From an uncultured virus (IMG/VR IMGVR_UViG_3300025129_000011) (Duplodnaviria > Heunggongvirae > Uroviricota > Caudoviricetes), in IMG/VR virus record IMGVR_UViG_3300025129_000011: a stretch of 64,000 nt of DNA; one strand, 5' to 3'. Every line of letters begins with the position of its first letter. The stretch's first letter is position 1. Of the stretch, positions 39,101 through 47,464 are shown piece by piece. A program made the translations under genes and the position numbers. Below the pieces are notes generated by a model. It saw nothing but the letters and a program-made list of their open reading frames with translations. It searched no databases and was not told where the DNA came from.

Positions 39101-41442
39101 GGATTTTGTTTATGGGTGGTTTATTATTTAGAAATTCTAAATCTTCAGATATTCTTAAATATAGTATAACAAAAATTGGTGATGAAAGTTTAATTCCTAA
39201 TATAAATAATGTTGAAATCAATAAAGATGAATACTTAATTTATTCATCAATTAGTAGTACACCAATAAATTTTAATACTGTTAGTATAGGTTCTACTAAG
39301 TACGAACAACTTTCAGATGTAATTAAAAATTTACCAAATAGTGTTAAAGATATTTTCATCAATGAGTTTATTAATTGGGTTGATAGTGAAAATGGTTGGT
39401 TAAATATACAGAATAATTTAGAAATTTTTGATGATACCACATCAGATGACCAAATAATTACAATTTGGAATAACTTAAAAGTCAACCCTAATGATACGAC
39501 AGGATTTAAAACAAATGTTTCAACTAATTATAAAGTTATACCAAATAACGAAAAGGGTTATTTTGATTTAGAAATCATAACCGCTAGTCCAGCGTCAAAT
39601 GATACATTCTTATTTCTTATTGATGAAAAAGTTTTAATAAACGGAACTTATAGAATTTGGGAAGGTAAAACTGATAGAATTAGTAATTTTGAAATTCCAT
39701 CAATTCAACAAAAAGAATATCTTAGTACATTTTTTTCCACATATAAAACCTTAAATGCTACATCAACTAACCCTGATGCAGAAATTAATAAAAATTTATT
39801 TGGCACTGATAAAGTTGATGATATTAAATTAGGGTTATATAAAAATATTAAATCTATTTATAATAAATGGATTCTTGGTGTACATCCAAGTATGGAATCT
39901 ATAATAACTGGTAATTTATACAAAAATTTTAACTTTCTAGATAGGGCTTATATTGATATTAGCGGTAAATTTAAAGTTTCACCTACTGGATTCGTAGATT
40001 ACCTATCAAGTAATTCAAACATTAGTTTTTATAATTTTATTGCTAGAATACTTAGAGATAATAACTTTGATTTTATTCCATTACCAACATTTATTGATTA
40101 TTCTTCTAAAGAAAGTGTTACTAGTATATTTGAACCATATAATTTTAATGATTCAGTTACTGCCACTAACCCACAATTTATTTGTATGTATTTTGGTGAA
40201 CAATCAAATCAATTAAACATTGATAAAAAAAACACAAAAAGACCTAATGATAGTTTTTCATTACCAAGTAAATATGACCCAAAAACTGGTGAATTAATAA
40301 TCACAGATACGGAATTACCAACAGATTTTAAAGATGGTGGTCAAAACATACCTTATTTTTTAGTTAATTATGTAGACCAAAACCAATCAATATTTAAAGA
40401 AATTCATTTAGACCAAAGTGAATTTACTGAAACAAATGAAAGTCTTGAAATTATCGATAGTCTTTCTAAATTGAATAGAAATAACTCAATTGGTCAAAAC
40501 TTATTCGATATTTATAATAATAGAGCATACTCAGTTGAAGTTGAAATGTTAGGTTGTGCACAAATTCAACCATTTATGTTATTCCAAATTAATAATGTCC
40601 CTATTTTTGATGGTGCTTACACTATTATTAATACTAGACATCATATTAAAGCTAATCATATGACAACCACATTTAAAGGGGTTAGAATTAGAAGGATTAA
40701 AACTAAAATGGTTGATGATGAAACACTATATGCACATTTATTAGCTAACTTAGATGAAGTCGATTCTAAGGGGGCTTCATTAAGCGATTTAAGTAATGTT
40801 GGTAGTAATACAAATTATATTTTTACTAAACCTACAACAGCAGAACTCAACCAGAATCAAGTCGCTGTTAAACAATATTTTAAAGATAGAGGGTATAATA
40901 AAGAAATTGTTGCTGGAATCATGGGTAATATGGAGATTGAATCAAGTTTTAATTTATCAGCCGTAAACTCAAGAGATACAAATGAATTAGTATCAATAGG
41001 TTTAATACAATGGAATTTTGGTTCATACCCCGATGTATTTCAATTATATTCAAGTGGTATATTTTCAACTGTTGAACAACAATTAGATTATTTAACAAAA
41101 ATGGAAACGTGGGATAAATTTATAAAAGAAGTAAATATAATCACACCACCTGTAACATATTATGATGAACAATATGTTGCATTTTTATTTGCTCATTATG
41201 TGGAAGTATGTTGTGGTTGCGCTAGAACTAAAGGTTATAACACTTTAAATGAAATTTATAGTGGGCCATATACTAAAGGTTGGGGATGTCCACAAGATGA
41301 CCCAAATGCTACCATATTTTTTCCACATAAACGAAGTCAAGCTGCATCATACTTTATGAAAAGATTTAATAACCCAAAAGATGCATTATATTGGAAAGAA
41401 CCCACTGTAGAAATAAATCATGGATTTATTTCTTCAATTTAA
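36130..41442 (+). CDS. Large baseplate hub protein with C-terminal phage tail lysozyme domain
   Basis: FYLTVKGYYG, VEMLGCAQIQP..P.FDGAY.I..H hub motifs; AGIMGNMEIESSFN..GLIQWN..QQLDY. Confidence 0.75.
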   Translation: MANLKSNVKVTKVKNLWVIDPNGEDSTAANLEDLNISVELEVLVRGDDPIIYSKNNINATNPTSNEVTRISFIDGSGNEEKYLTTHYTELNTKFNRDNKDLGTLGIETIDISFNTSYVPIVKIKFKDIRGQLFELGEESPYSFLFKMPYPIFYLTVKGYYGKPVQYALHMTKFNGNLDNETGSFIITCDFIGYTYAFLSDLLMGILKGTPYTQKGINAIKSIQGFTTFEELRSIVKKLEDYIIKFREDNKQLKALTIYDKLNTKLLSIEQSLTNVFPLIFEGYTKLTDTGVTTAQNMAVAMNTNVNYFTNNPDYLKPYTLSDTTKKEYKNSTLKLVEEYNELNQVKGDSKTFKLNIEDFQLDSNGIFYNNFKVADFIRKNEFNIATTSFYSFDEFQKSKDIKKYLNFKIKEQNDTFIKEMYGYTLDIINKKYRDNNLITDPSIKNMVDIRFALNKVRLTREKLQEEFDKNKKLVTESFTQDINSFLKKEGTKFDASIGSLFKILCDHVDLFIDVVKNLEEEIENDRKNGNRNLQAADKRNFTEFISINGSNQIAVAPFPEYVEDEGKDTNGDGTLVEKWLGSKRKFSEYAEVKFINDLYDSIKMAAKKDKEIIEGIYADSKAWFPINPLETLAFDENNENPWNSVIHSNIQPAMKLIVQRMALFLGFSHKNLTIEEITEVAKIEANQAYNTLIDVKNVIIEPNGNIDTQIKTYFGDSQETFGKVGTFHGLRLYYNKSFLGGDKIVYHHDKPDIGNGGFKNFNDAFNNRPEFIPINQTTKSLDSKFNELNTNTGRSYFNGTFISNVISNSQLNEGTNNEIEYEKFIKIIDKSDYTKQLIYESYVTGGDGNGVVSEMAENELVSTHNTLLGGRYRTHEFMTYKTPKSESPLFYEFYDIRLKENLISRAGDEGKNFIFNSNFKSNKKIYNLFGSRFYYNQTDNYSKALLFLHSIPFEGLLYKNSYEILPLGLLSNKTLKYFNERAGFTSIPYSWILFMGGLLFRNSKSSDILKYSITKIGDESLIPNINNVEINKDEYLIYSSISSTPINFNTVSIGSTKYEQLSDVIKNLPNSVKDIFINEFINWVDSENGWLNIQNNLEIFDDTTSDDQIITIWNNLKVNPNDTTGFKTNVSTNYKVIPNNEKGYFDLEIITASPASNDTFLFLIDEKVLINGTYRIWEGKTDRISNFEIPSIQQKEYLSTFFSTYKTLNATSTNPDAEINKNLFGTDKVDDIKLGLYKNIKSIYNKWILGVHPSMESIITGNLYKNFNFLDRAYIDISGKFKVSPTGFVDYLSSNSNISFYNFIARILRDNNFDFIPLPTFIDYSSKESVTSIFEPYNFNDSVTATNPQFICMYFGEQSNQLNIDKKNTKRPNDSFSLPSKYDPKTGELIITDTELPTDFKDGGQNIPYFLVNYVDQNQSIFKEIHLDQSEFTETNESLEIIDSLSKLNRNNSIGQNLFDIYNNRAYSVEVEMLGCAQIQPFMLFQINNVPIFDGAYTIINTRHHIKANHMTTTFKGVRIRRIKTKMVDDETLYAHLLANLDEVDSKGASLSDLSNVGSNTNYIFTKPTTAELNQNQVAVKQYFKDRGYNKEIVAGIMGNMEIESSFNLSAVNSRDTNELVSIGLIQWNFGSYPDVFQLYSSGIFSTVEQQLDYLTKMETWDKFIKEVNIITPPVTYYDEQYVAFLFAHYVEVCCGCARTKGYNTLNEIYSGPYTKGWGCPQDDPNATIFFPHKRSQAASYFMKRFNNPKDALYWKEPTVEINHGFISSI

Positions 41443-41445
41443 TTA

Positions 41446-41477
41446 TTTGTTTTTTTAATTATTTTTTAGTATCTTTG
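41446..41477 (+). promoter_or_regulatory. Bacteroidetes-type housekeeping promoter
   Basis: TTTG(41446)-N20-TATCTTTG(41470) matches the -33/-7 consensus. Confidence 0.7.
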
Positions 41478-41481
41478 CAAT

Positions 41482-42093
41482 ATGGAAATAGCTAATATTG
41501 TTTGTACTGATGTAATAAATGTTGGCCCAGAGTTTAACGTTGTTAAATCTTTGGACGATATTATATACACCAATTTACCAACTTTAATCATAGGGTATGA
41601 AACAGTGGTGGATTTATATGGTATTGACAATATCAATGTATTAAATAGAAGTATTAATAAAAATATCTTTTGGACATTTAGACGAACTGTTGAACGTAAA
41701 ATATATGAGCCAGACCTTGAGGACTTTATGAGGCATGCATATAAAAAAGCTATTGAAAATATAAACTATGTAGATTTAGATGTAATTCAATTTGATAGAA
41801 GTAAATTATATAAAATTGTTAAAAAAATACTTAAATTAAAAGACCCAATTTCTTATAAAAATGAGAATAATGTAATATATATTTATTCGGGTAATTTAAT
41901 CTTTGGTGTTGACTTGAATTTATTGAATTTTGTAGGGTCTAATATTGAAAAAGCTGAGAAAAAAATAATTAAGAAAAGCAAGGTGTTTCTGGAAGGTAGT
42001 GAGATACTTATTGAATATAATAACCATTTGGAACGATTAAATTACGATTGTAAGTATGTTCCATTGTTATATTCAATTAATCCACATGAATAA
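41482..42093 (+). CDS. Hypothetical protein
   Basis: 203-aa ORF after the promoter. Confidence 0.7.
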   Translation: MEIANIVCTDVINVGPEFNVVKSLDDIIYTNLPTLIIGYETVVDLYGIDNINVLNRSINKNIFWTFRRTVERKIYEPDLEDFMRHAYKKAIENINYVDLDVIQFDRSKLYKIVKKILKLKDPISYKNENNVIYIYSGNLIFGVDLNLLNFVGSNIEKAEKKIIKKSKVFLEGSEILIEYNNHLERLNYDCKYVPLLYSINPHE

Positions 42094-42490
42094 AAAAATA
42101 TTAATAGCCTCTTTTATAGATAAGGAGGTGTTAAAAGAGTTCTTAATATATATTCAAAACACCTTTGAGGTAGATTCAGATAAAGTTTTTATATTTGAAA
42201 GCCTCCAAGATAAATCCCAATATATCTTAACTTTTTTTATAGAATTACCGCTAGGGGGACATATAAACCTTAGAAAACACTTCAAAAACGCCTTAATAGT
42301 TCATAAAAAGAAAAAGACTTTTTATACGATAAATGCGTTAAATACGTTAATAGAAACTGAATTTGATTTACCAAAAGGTAATATCAATTATAAACAGTGG
42401 AAGATTGATTGGAGTAAATATGAAAACCAATTAATAATAAATAGTAACAATAATTTGGTTTTAATAGACTTAAAACGGTTTTTTTGCTAA
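42086..42490 (+). CDS. Conserved hypothetical phage protein
   Basis: VHKKKKTFYTINALN..IDW motif; start taken at MNKK overlapping the upstream stop. Confidence 0.65.
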   Translation: MNKKILIASFIDKEVLKEFLIYIQNTFEVDSDKVFIFESLQDKSQYILTFFIELPLGGHINLRKHFKNALIVHKKKKTFYTINALNTLIETEFDLPKGNINYKQWKIDWSKYENQLIINSNNNLVLIDLKRFFC

Positions 42491-42536
42491 TTTCTCTCTA
42501 TTTATATTAAAATAAGTACTTTAAATATTTAATATT

Positions 42537-42713
42537 ATGGAGAAAAATAAATTAGACGATTTAAATAGGTTTTTGGAAGGTGATAATGAAGAAGGAACTG
42601 TTTGTGATTTAGATGGTAATTGCAGACCTAAACTTATTAAGGTTGATAAGAGTATTGTTGAAAGAGTCAACAAAAAAATAATAATTGAAGACGGAAGACA
42701 ACTTTTAATGTAA
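42537..42713 (+). CDS. Small hypothetical protein (58 aa, not in the ORF track)
   Basis: MEKNKLDDLNRFL..VCDLDGNC..IEDGRQLLM; TATTTATA upstream; TAATG overlap with the next gene. Confidence 0.7.
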   Translation: MEKNKLDDLNRFLEGDNEEGTVCDLDGNCRPKLIKVDKSIVERVNKKIIIEDGRQLLM

Positions 42714-43414
42714 TGAAAAAATATACAAACGAAGATAATAAAAAAGATAGAGATAAATTCAGGTTATTATTTGAATATGATTTCTATGTAGAAGAAGAAG
42801 AGGTTTACGACCCTGAATTGGACAATGAAACTGGCGAAATTATTACCGAAGAGCCACCAGAAGGTGAAGCTCCAGAAGGTGGTGAAGATATGGGTGATGA
42901 AGAATTTCCTGAAGCTGGTAGTGAAGATATGGGTGATGAAGAATTTCCTGAAGCTGGTAGTGAAGAATTACCAGAACCAGAAGCAATGGAAGATGAAGTT
43001 GAATTAGATGTAACTGAATTAGTACAAGGCACGGAAGAAGCAAAAGCGTCTTCTGATAGAGCTAGTCAACAAATTGATATATTAATGGGTAAATTTGAAA
43101 CATTATCTCAATCATTAGAAAAAATGACAGCAATTAATCAAAAAATTGATGATTTGGAACATGAAATTGAAAAAAGAAATCCAACACCACAAGAAAGATT
43201 AGAAATGCAATCATTAAATTCATTTCCATATAGCTTAAAATTAACAGATTATTGGTCAGAAAAAGAAGGTAATTATGACGCAATGGGTGGACAAAAAGAA
43301 GATGAAGAATATGTACTAACTCAAGATGAAGTAGATAGAGATTATAATGCAATTGAAATTAAAGATTCGTTTGTAAATCCAAATGAAGATGAATTTATTA
43401 AAAAGAAATTTTAA
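42713..43414 (+). CDS. Acidic coiled-coil protein (possible head/scaffold-associated)
   Basis: E/D-rich; SLNSFPY..LTDYW motif. Confidence 0.65.
   Translation: MKKYTNEDNKKDRDKFRLLFEYDFYVEEEEVYDPELDNETGEIITEEPPEGEAPEGGEDMGDEEFPEAGSEDMGDEEFPEAGSEELPEPEAMEDEVELDVTELVQGTEEAKASSDRASQQIDILMGKFETLSQSLEKMTAINQKIDDLEHEIEKRNPTPQERLEMQSLNSFPYSLKLTDYWSEKEGNYDAMGGQKEDEEYVLTQDEVDRDYNAIEIKDSFVNPNEDEFIKKKF
42884..42961 (+). repeat. Perfect 39-bp tandem repeat, two copies (EDMGDEEFPEAGS)
   Basis: Read directly from the sequence. Confidence 0.95.
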
Positions 43415-43442
43415 CCTATAAAACATTAAAAAAGAGACTATT

Positions 43443-43476
43443 AAAGTGTGGTATGAAAATATCACACTTTTTTTTT
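43443..43476 (+). terminator. Intrinsic terminator
   Basis: aaagtgtg..cacacttt followed by a T-run. Confidence 0.75.
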
Positions 43477-43495
43477 GAAAAAACTTTAAAAAATA

Positions 43496-43527
43496 CTTGT
43501 AATAATTTCTTTTCTGTAGTATAATTG
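43496..43527 (+). promoter_or_regulatory. Host-RNAP-type promoter for the replication operon
   Basis: TTG-N20-TATAATTG (Bacteroidetes-like), which also reads as TTGTAA-N17-TATAAT. Confidence 0.6.
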
Positions 43528-43658
43528 CATCACGTTACTTAAATTCAGTTTAATTAACTAAAGATTGCCGCTGATGAATTATAACTGGTGGTAATACAAA
43601 TAAAGACCCCGATATTAAAAAACGAAGTCGGGCCATTAAAAACAATTAATAAATTATT

Positions 43659-44591
43659 ATGGAAACACAAAAAAACTCAGTGTTAGACGCAATGCTTTCT
43701 CAGTATGAAAAAGCTACATCATTCTCAAGTGAAAATTCATTTGATATTAAAAACTATTTTACAACTTTCTTACCTGATGGTATTGATAGTAAAATGAAAC
43801 ACATCAGAATTTTACCTGTAAACGGTTCTCCTTTTCAAGAAGTTCACGTTCATAGTGCAAAAGTTGATGGTAAAAATCGTAAATTTACATGTATCGCTAA
43901 ATTAGAAGACGTACCATGTCCTTTCTGCGAAGCAAGAGAGAGACTTATGGCTACTGGCGAAAAAAGTGACGATGAATTAGCGAAAAGCTATAAATCTAGG
44001 TTAATGTATGTTGTTAAAGTAATTGATAGAGAAAATGAGGCTGACGGCCCAAAATTCTGGAGATTCCCAATCAACTATAAGAAAGAAGGTATCATGGACA
44101 AAATCATGGCATCTGTTCAAATGGTTGGTGAAGATATCACTGATGCAGAAACTGGAAGAGATTTAGTTCTTAACGTTGTAAGAGTTAAAAACCCAAGAGG
44201 TGGAACATATCCAGCAGTAAATTCAGTACAAGCAATGGACAGAAAACCATTAAGTTCTGATGCTAAATTATCTAAAAAATGGGTTGAAGACAAAAAAACA
44301 TGGCAAGATGTTTATTCAGTGAAAGATTATGATTATTTAAAATTAATCGTGATGGGAGAAGTTCCAGCTTGGAGTAAAAAACTTGAAAAGTTTGTTGCTA
44401 AATCAAGCTTATCTCCTGAAGACGAACAAGATACCGCTGAAGACTTAGATTCTAAAGTGAGTATGGGTGCAAATGCACAAAAAAAATCTGAAACTCCAAT
44501 TGAAACTGAAGTTCCAGTTGCCTCTAAAGAGACAACATATGTGGCTGATGTTGATATTGATGAAGAAGAAGATGATGATTTACCATTTTAA
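43659..44591 (+). CDS. Single-stranded DNA-binding protein (gp32-like)
   Basis: IRILP, H..C..CPFC, VIDRENEADGPKFW, TGRDL; acidic tail DDDLPF. Confidence 0.88.
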   Translation: METQKNSVLDAMLSQYEKATSFSSENSFDIKNYFTTFLPDGIDSKMKHIRILPVNGSPFQEVHVHSAKVDGKNRKFTCIAKLEDVPCPFCEARERLMATGEKSDDELAKSYKSRLMYVVKVIDRENEADGPKFWRFPINYKKEGIMDKIMASVQMVGEDITDAETGRDLVLNVVRVKNPRGGTYPAVNSVQAMDRKPLSSDAKLSKKWVEDKKTWQDVYSVKDYDYLKLIVMGEVPAWSKKLEKFVAKSSLSPEDEQDTAEDLDSKVSMGANAQKKSETPIETEVPVASKETTYVADVDIDEEEDDDLPF

Positions 44592-44706
44592 TTAACGGTA
44601 AATTAAATAAGAAGTGAAAGGGGGTGAGGTTACCTACCCCCTTATTTTAGCTCTAATAATAACGAAATAGGGTTAAAATTAAATAAACTCAGGGGGCTCA
44701 ATAATT

Positions 44707-45804
44707 ATGGCTAAAAAACCATCAAAAACGACTGTAGCAAAGACCGAATACAGTTTAGAAGATTTTAAAAAATCACAAGGCATTCAAAAAACAATAAAAG
44801 ATAAAGATTTAACTTGGGTTCCATTATCAAAAGCATGGCATGATGCGATTAAATTACCAGGATTTGCTAGAGGTTTTGTAAACTCAGTAAGAGGTTACTC
44901 AAACACTGGTAAATCAACTGCGTTTTATGAGGCAATTGCTGGGGCGCAAAGAATAGGTGACTTACCAGTTATATTTGAAACTGAAGGTAACTTTAATTGG
45001 ACTCACGCTAGGTTATGCGGAATGCAATTTGAGGAAGTAGTGGATGAAGAAACGGGTGAAATCACTTATGGTGGTAATTTCCTGTTTATGGGTAATAAAG
45101 ATTTACTTGATAGGTATCAAAATTATGACCACCAACACAGTAAAGAAGGTAAAACACCATTAAGATATGAACCAGTTTTGGAAGATATCGCTTTATATAT
45201 GACAGAATTATTAGATTTACAAGCTGAAGGAAAATTAAATGAAAACCTATGTTTCTTATGGGATTCCATCGGAACTTTAAATGGTTTTAAATCTGCAATA
45301 TCTAAAACAACTAACAATATGTGGAATGCTGGTTCAATGAAAGTATTTCAAGCAATTGTTAATTTTAGAATACCAACTTCTAGAAGAGAAGATAGTGAAT
45401 TTACAAATACATTTATTTGTGTACAAAAAATTTGGTATGATAGTATGAATATGAAGATTAAACACAGTTGTGGTGAATTTATGTTCTTTAACTCTAGATT
45501 AATAGTTCATATGGGTGGCATTATTTCACATGGCACATCTAAACTTAAAGCAACTGCTTTAGGAAATGAATTTCAATATGGAACTGAAGTAAAAATTTCT
45601 TGTGAAAAGAATCATATTAATGGTATTGAAAAGAAAGGTAGTATTGCTTCAACACCGCATGGTTTCTGGAACCCAGATGAATTAGACGCTTATAAGAAAG
45701 AAAAAAGAGATTTCATACATGAAAATCTAAATGTGTCTTATGATGTTGAAATAGCATATACGACTGAAGAGGGTGAAAAATCTGTTGAAGATTTAGGAGC
45801 TTAA
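44707..45804 (+). CDS. RecA/UvsX-like recombinase
   Basis: Walker A GYSNTGKS, FETEG, Walker B FLWDSIG, KNH. Confidence 0.82.
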   Translation: MAKKPSKTTVAKTEYSLEDFKKSQGIQKTIKDKDLTWVPLSKAWHDAIKLPGFARGFVNSVRGYSNTGKSTAFYEAIAGAQRIGDLPVIFETEGNFNWTHARLCGMQFEEVVDEETGEITYGGNFLFMGNKDLLDRYQNYDHQHSKEGKTPLRYEPVLEDIALYMTELLDLQAEGKLNENLCFLWDSIGTLNGFKSAISKTTNNMWNAGSMKVFQAIVNFRIPTSRREDSEFTNTFICVQKIWYDSMNMKIKHSCGEFMFFNSRLIVHMGGIISHGTSKLKATALGNEFQYGTEVKISCEKNHINGIEKKGSIASTPHGFWNPDELDAYKKEKRDFIHENLNVSYDVEIAYTTEEGEKSVEDLGA

Positions 45805-45826
45805 TATTAACGTTAAAAAAAGGATT

Positions 45827-46900
45827 ATGGCTAATAAGCCGAGAAAATTTAATACTCTTAGTAGTAATACTAAGAATATTTTACTTGTTGATGGAAACGC
45901 CCTATTTAAGTTGGGATTTTTTGGGGCGAAAGATATGTTTACTAGGGATGGTAAACACATAGGTGGACTCTATGCGTTTATTACCATCCTTAGAAAACTT
46001 CTTGAAGAAAAACTGTATCATAGGGTCTTTGTATTTTGGGATGGTAAATTTAGTGGTAAGATGAGATGGCAATTATACTCAGATTACAAAGTAGACCGAA
46101 ATAAAGATTACATCAATGGTACGCACCCAGTTGACATACAAGAGGTAACTGAAAAATTTTTAATAAGACAATATCTAGAAGAATTATGTATTAGACAAAT
46201 GATTGATAATACTAATGCTGGTGTTGAAGCTGATGATTTCATAGCTTATTATTGTAAAATTAAAAGTGCTGATGAAAAAATTACTATTTGTACAACGGAT
46301 AGAGATTTGTGTCAATTAATTAATGAAGATGTTAGGATATATTTGTGTGATAAGAAAGCGTATATCGATACCAAAAATTATCGAGAGCATTTCAAACATC
46401 ACCATAAAAATAGTAAACTGATAAAAATTATTGGTGGTGATAATAGTGATTGTATTAAGGGAATTAGCGGTGTTAAAGAAACTACATTACTAAAATACTT
46501 CCCTCAATTAGCTGAAAGAGAAATATCATTACAAGAAATAATTACTTTAGCTAAGGAATATCAAGAGGAAAGGATTAAAGAAAAGAAAAAACCAATAAAA
46601 GCATTGACAAATATTATTGAATCTAACACTGATGGTGTACAGGGTAAGGATATTTACAAAATCAATGAAGTGATTATTGATTTAAGTAATCCTTTAATTG
46701 ATAAAGTAAATCAACAGTTATTGAAATATAACAAAGGGTCTATGGGTGATTTTGAAGAACGTGGAATTAAAAACGTTTACACATATATGAAACGTGATGG
46801 TGTTGCAAAACAAATTGAATCATTCAGTACCAACTATCTTTTACCTTTTAAACAACTGATAGAAAGAGAGAAAAAAGAAGCGAATTTAATAAATAATTAA
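45827..46900 (+). CDS. 5'-3' exonuclease/RNase H (FEN-like)
   Basis: LLVDGN, WDG, YK..R, EADD, DRDL.QL, GDNSD.I.G. Confidence 0.92.
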   Translation: MANKPRKFNTLSSNTKNILLVDGNALFKLGFFGAKDMFTRDGKHIGGLYAFITILRKLLEEKLYHRVFVFWDGKFSGKMRWQLYSDYKVDRNKDYINGTHPVDIQEVTEKFLIRQYLEELCIRQMIDNTNAGVEADDFIAYYCKIKSADEKITICTTDRDLCQLINEDVRIYLCDKKAYIDTKNYREHFKHHHKNSKLIKIIGGDNSDCIKGISGVKETTLLKYFPQLAEREISLQEIITLAKEYQEERIKEKKKPIKALTNIIESNTDGVQGKDIYKINEVIIDLSNPLIDKVNQQLLKYNKGSMGDFEERGIKNVYTYMKRDGVAKQIESFSTNYLLPFKQLIEREKKEANLINN

Positions 46901-46902
46901 TT

Positions 46903-47463
46903 ATGGAAAAAAGGACAGGCATCGTAAAACCATTTGAGTTTTCATTAAAGATTAATGATAATATCATTTGTCAAAGATTTTTTAGTATCAAAAATTATAA
47001 TAGTGATAGTAGAGAGTCTTTAGAGATTAAAGAAATGATGGATGAAATCATGGGAGTAAATCAAAATTTAACATTAGGCCTTATACCTGAATTTTTCAAG
47101 TACCAATGTATTGATAATTCATATAAACCTTACAATTTACAAAACAACAATTTGTTTAACAAAGATGATTATTTTACATTAGAAGTGTCCAAAAATAATG
47201 TGAATAAATTGAAAAATAAAAACGGTCAGTTTGATATTACGGATTTAAAAAAAGACGTTATAGCTTCAGGAACGTTTGATGGTAATTTATTCCACCCAAA
47301 TGTGAGGTATGAGATTGATATTAGAGGTATTATCCCAGAGATTATTAATATAATCTCAAAGTATTTGAGCCTGAAGGAATATACACATCATTTTGGTAGT
47401 GTTAAATTAACTAGGCTTAATAGACTAAGTGCTTATGATTTAGAGAGAATAAAACAAGATTAA
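46903..47463 (+). CDS. Conserved hypothetical protein
   Basis: NDNIICQRFF and HPNVRY.IDIR motifs. Confidence 0.7.
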   Translation: MEKRTGIVKPFEFSLKINDNIICQRFFSIKNYNSDSRESLEIKEMMDEIMGVNQNLTLGLIPEFFKYQCIDNSYKPYNLQNNNLFNKDDYFTLEVSKNNVNKLKNKNGQFDITDLKKDVIASGTFDGNLFHPNVRYEIDIRGIIPEIINIISKYLSLKEYTHHFGSVKLTRLNRLSAYDLERIKQD

Positions 47464-47464
47464 T

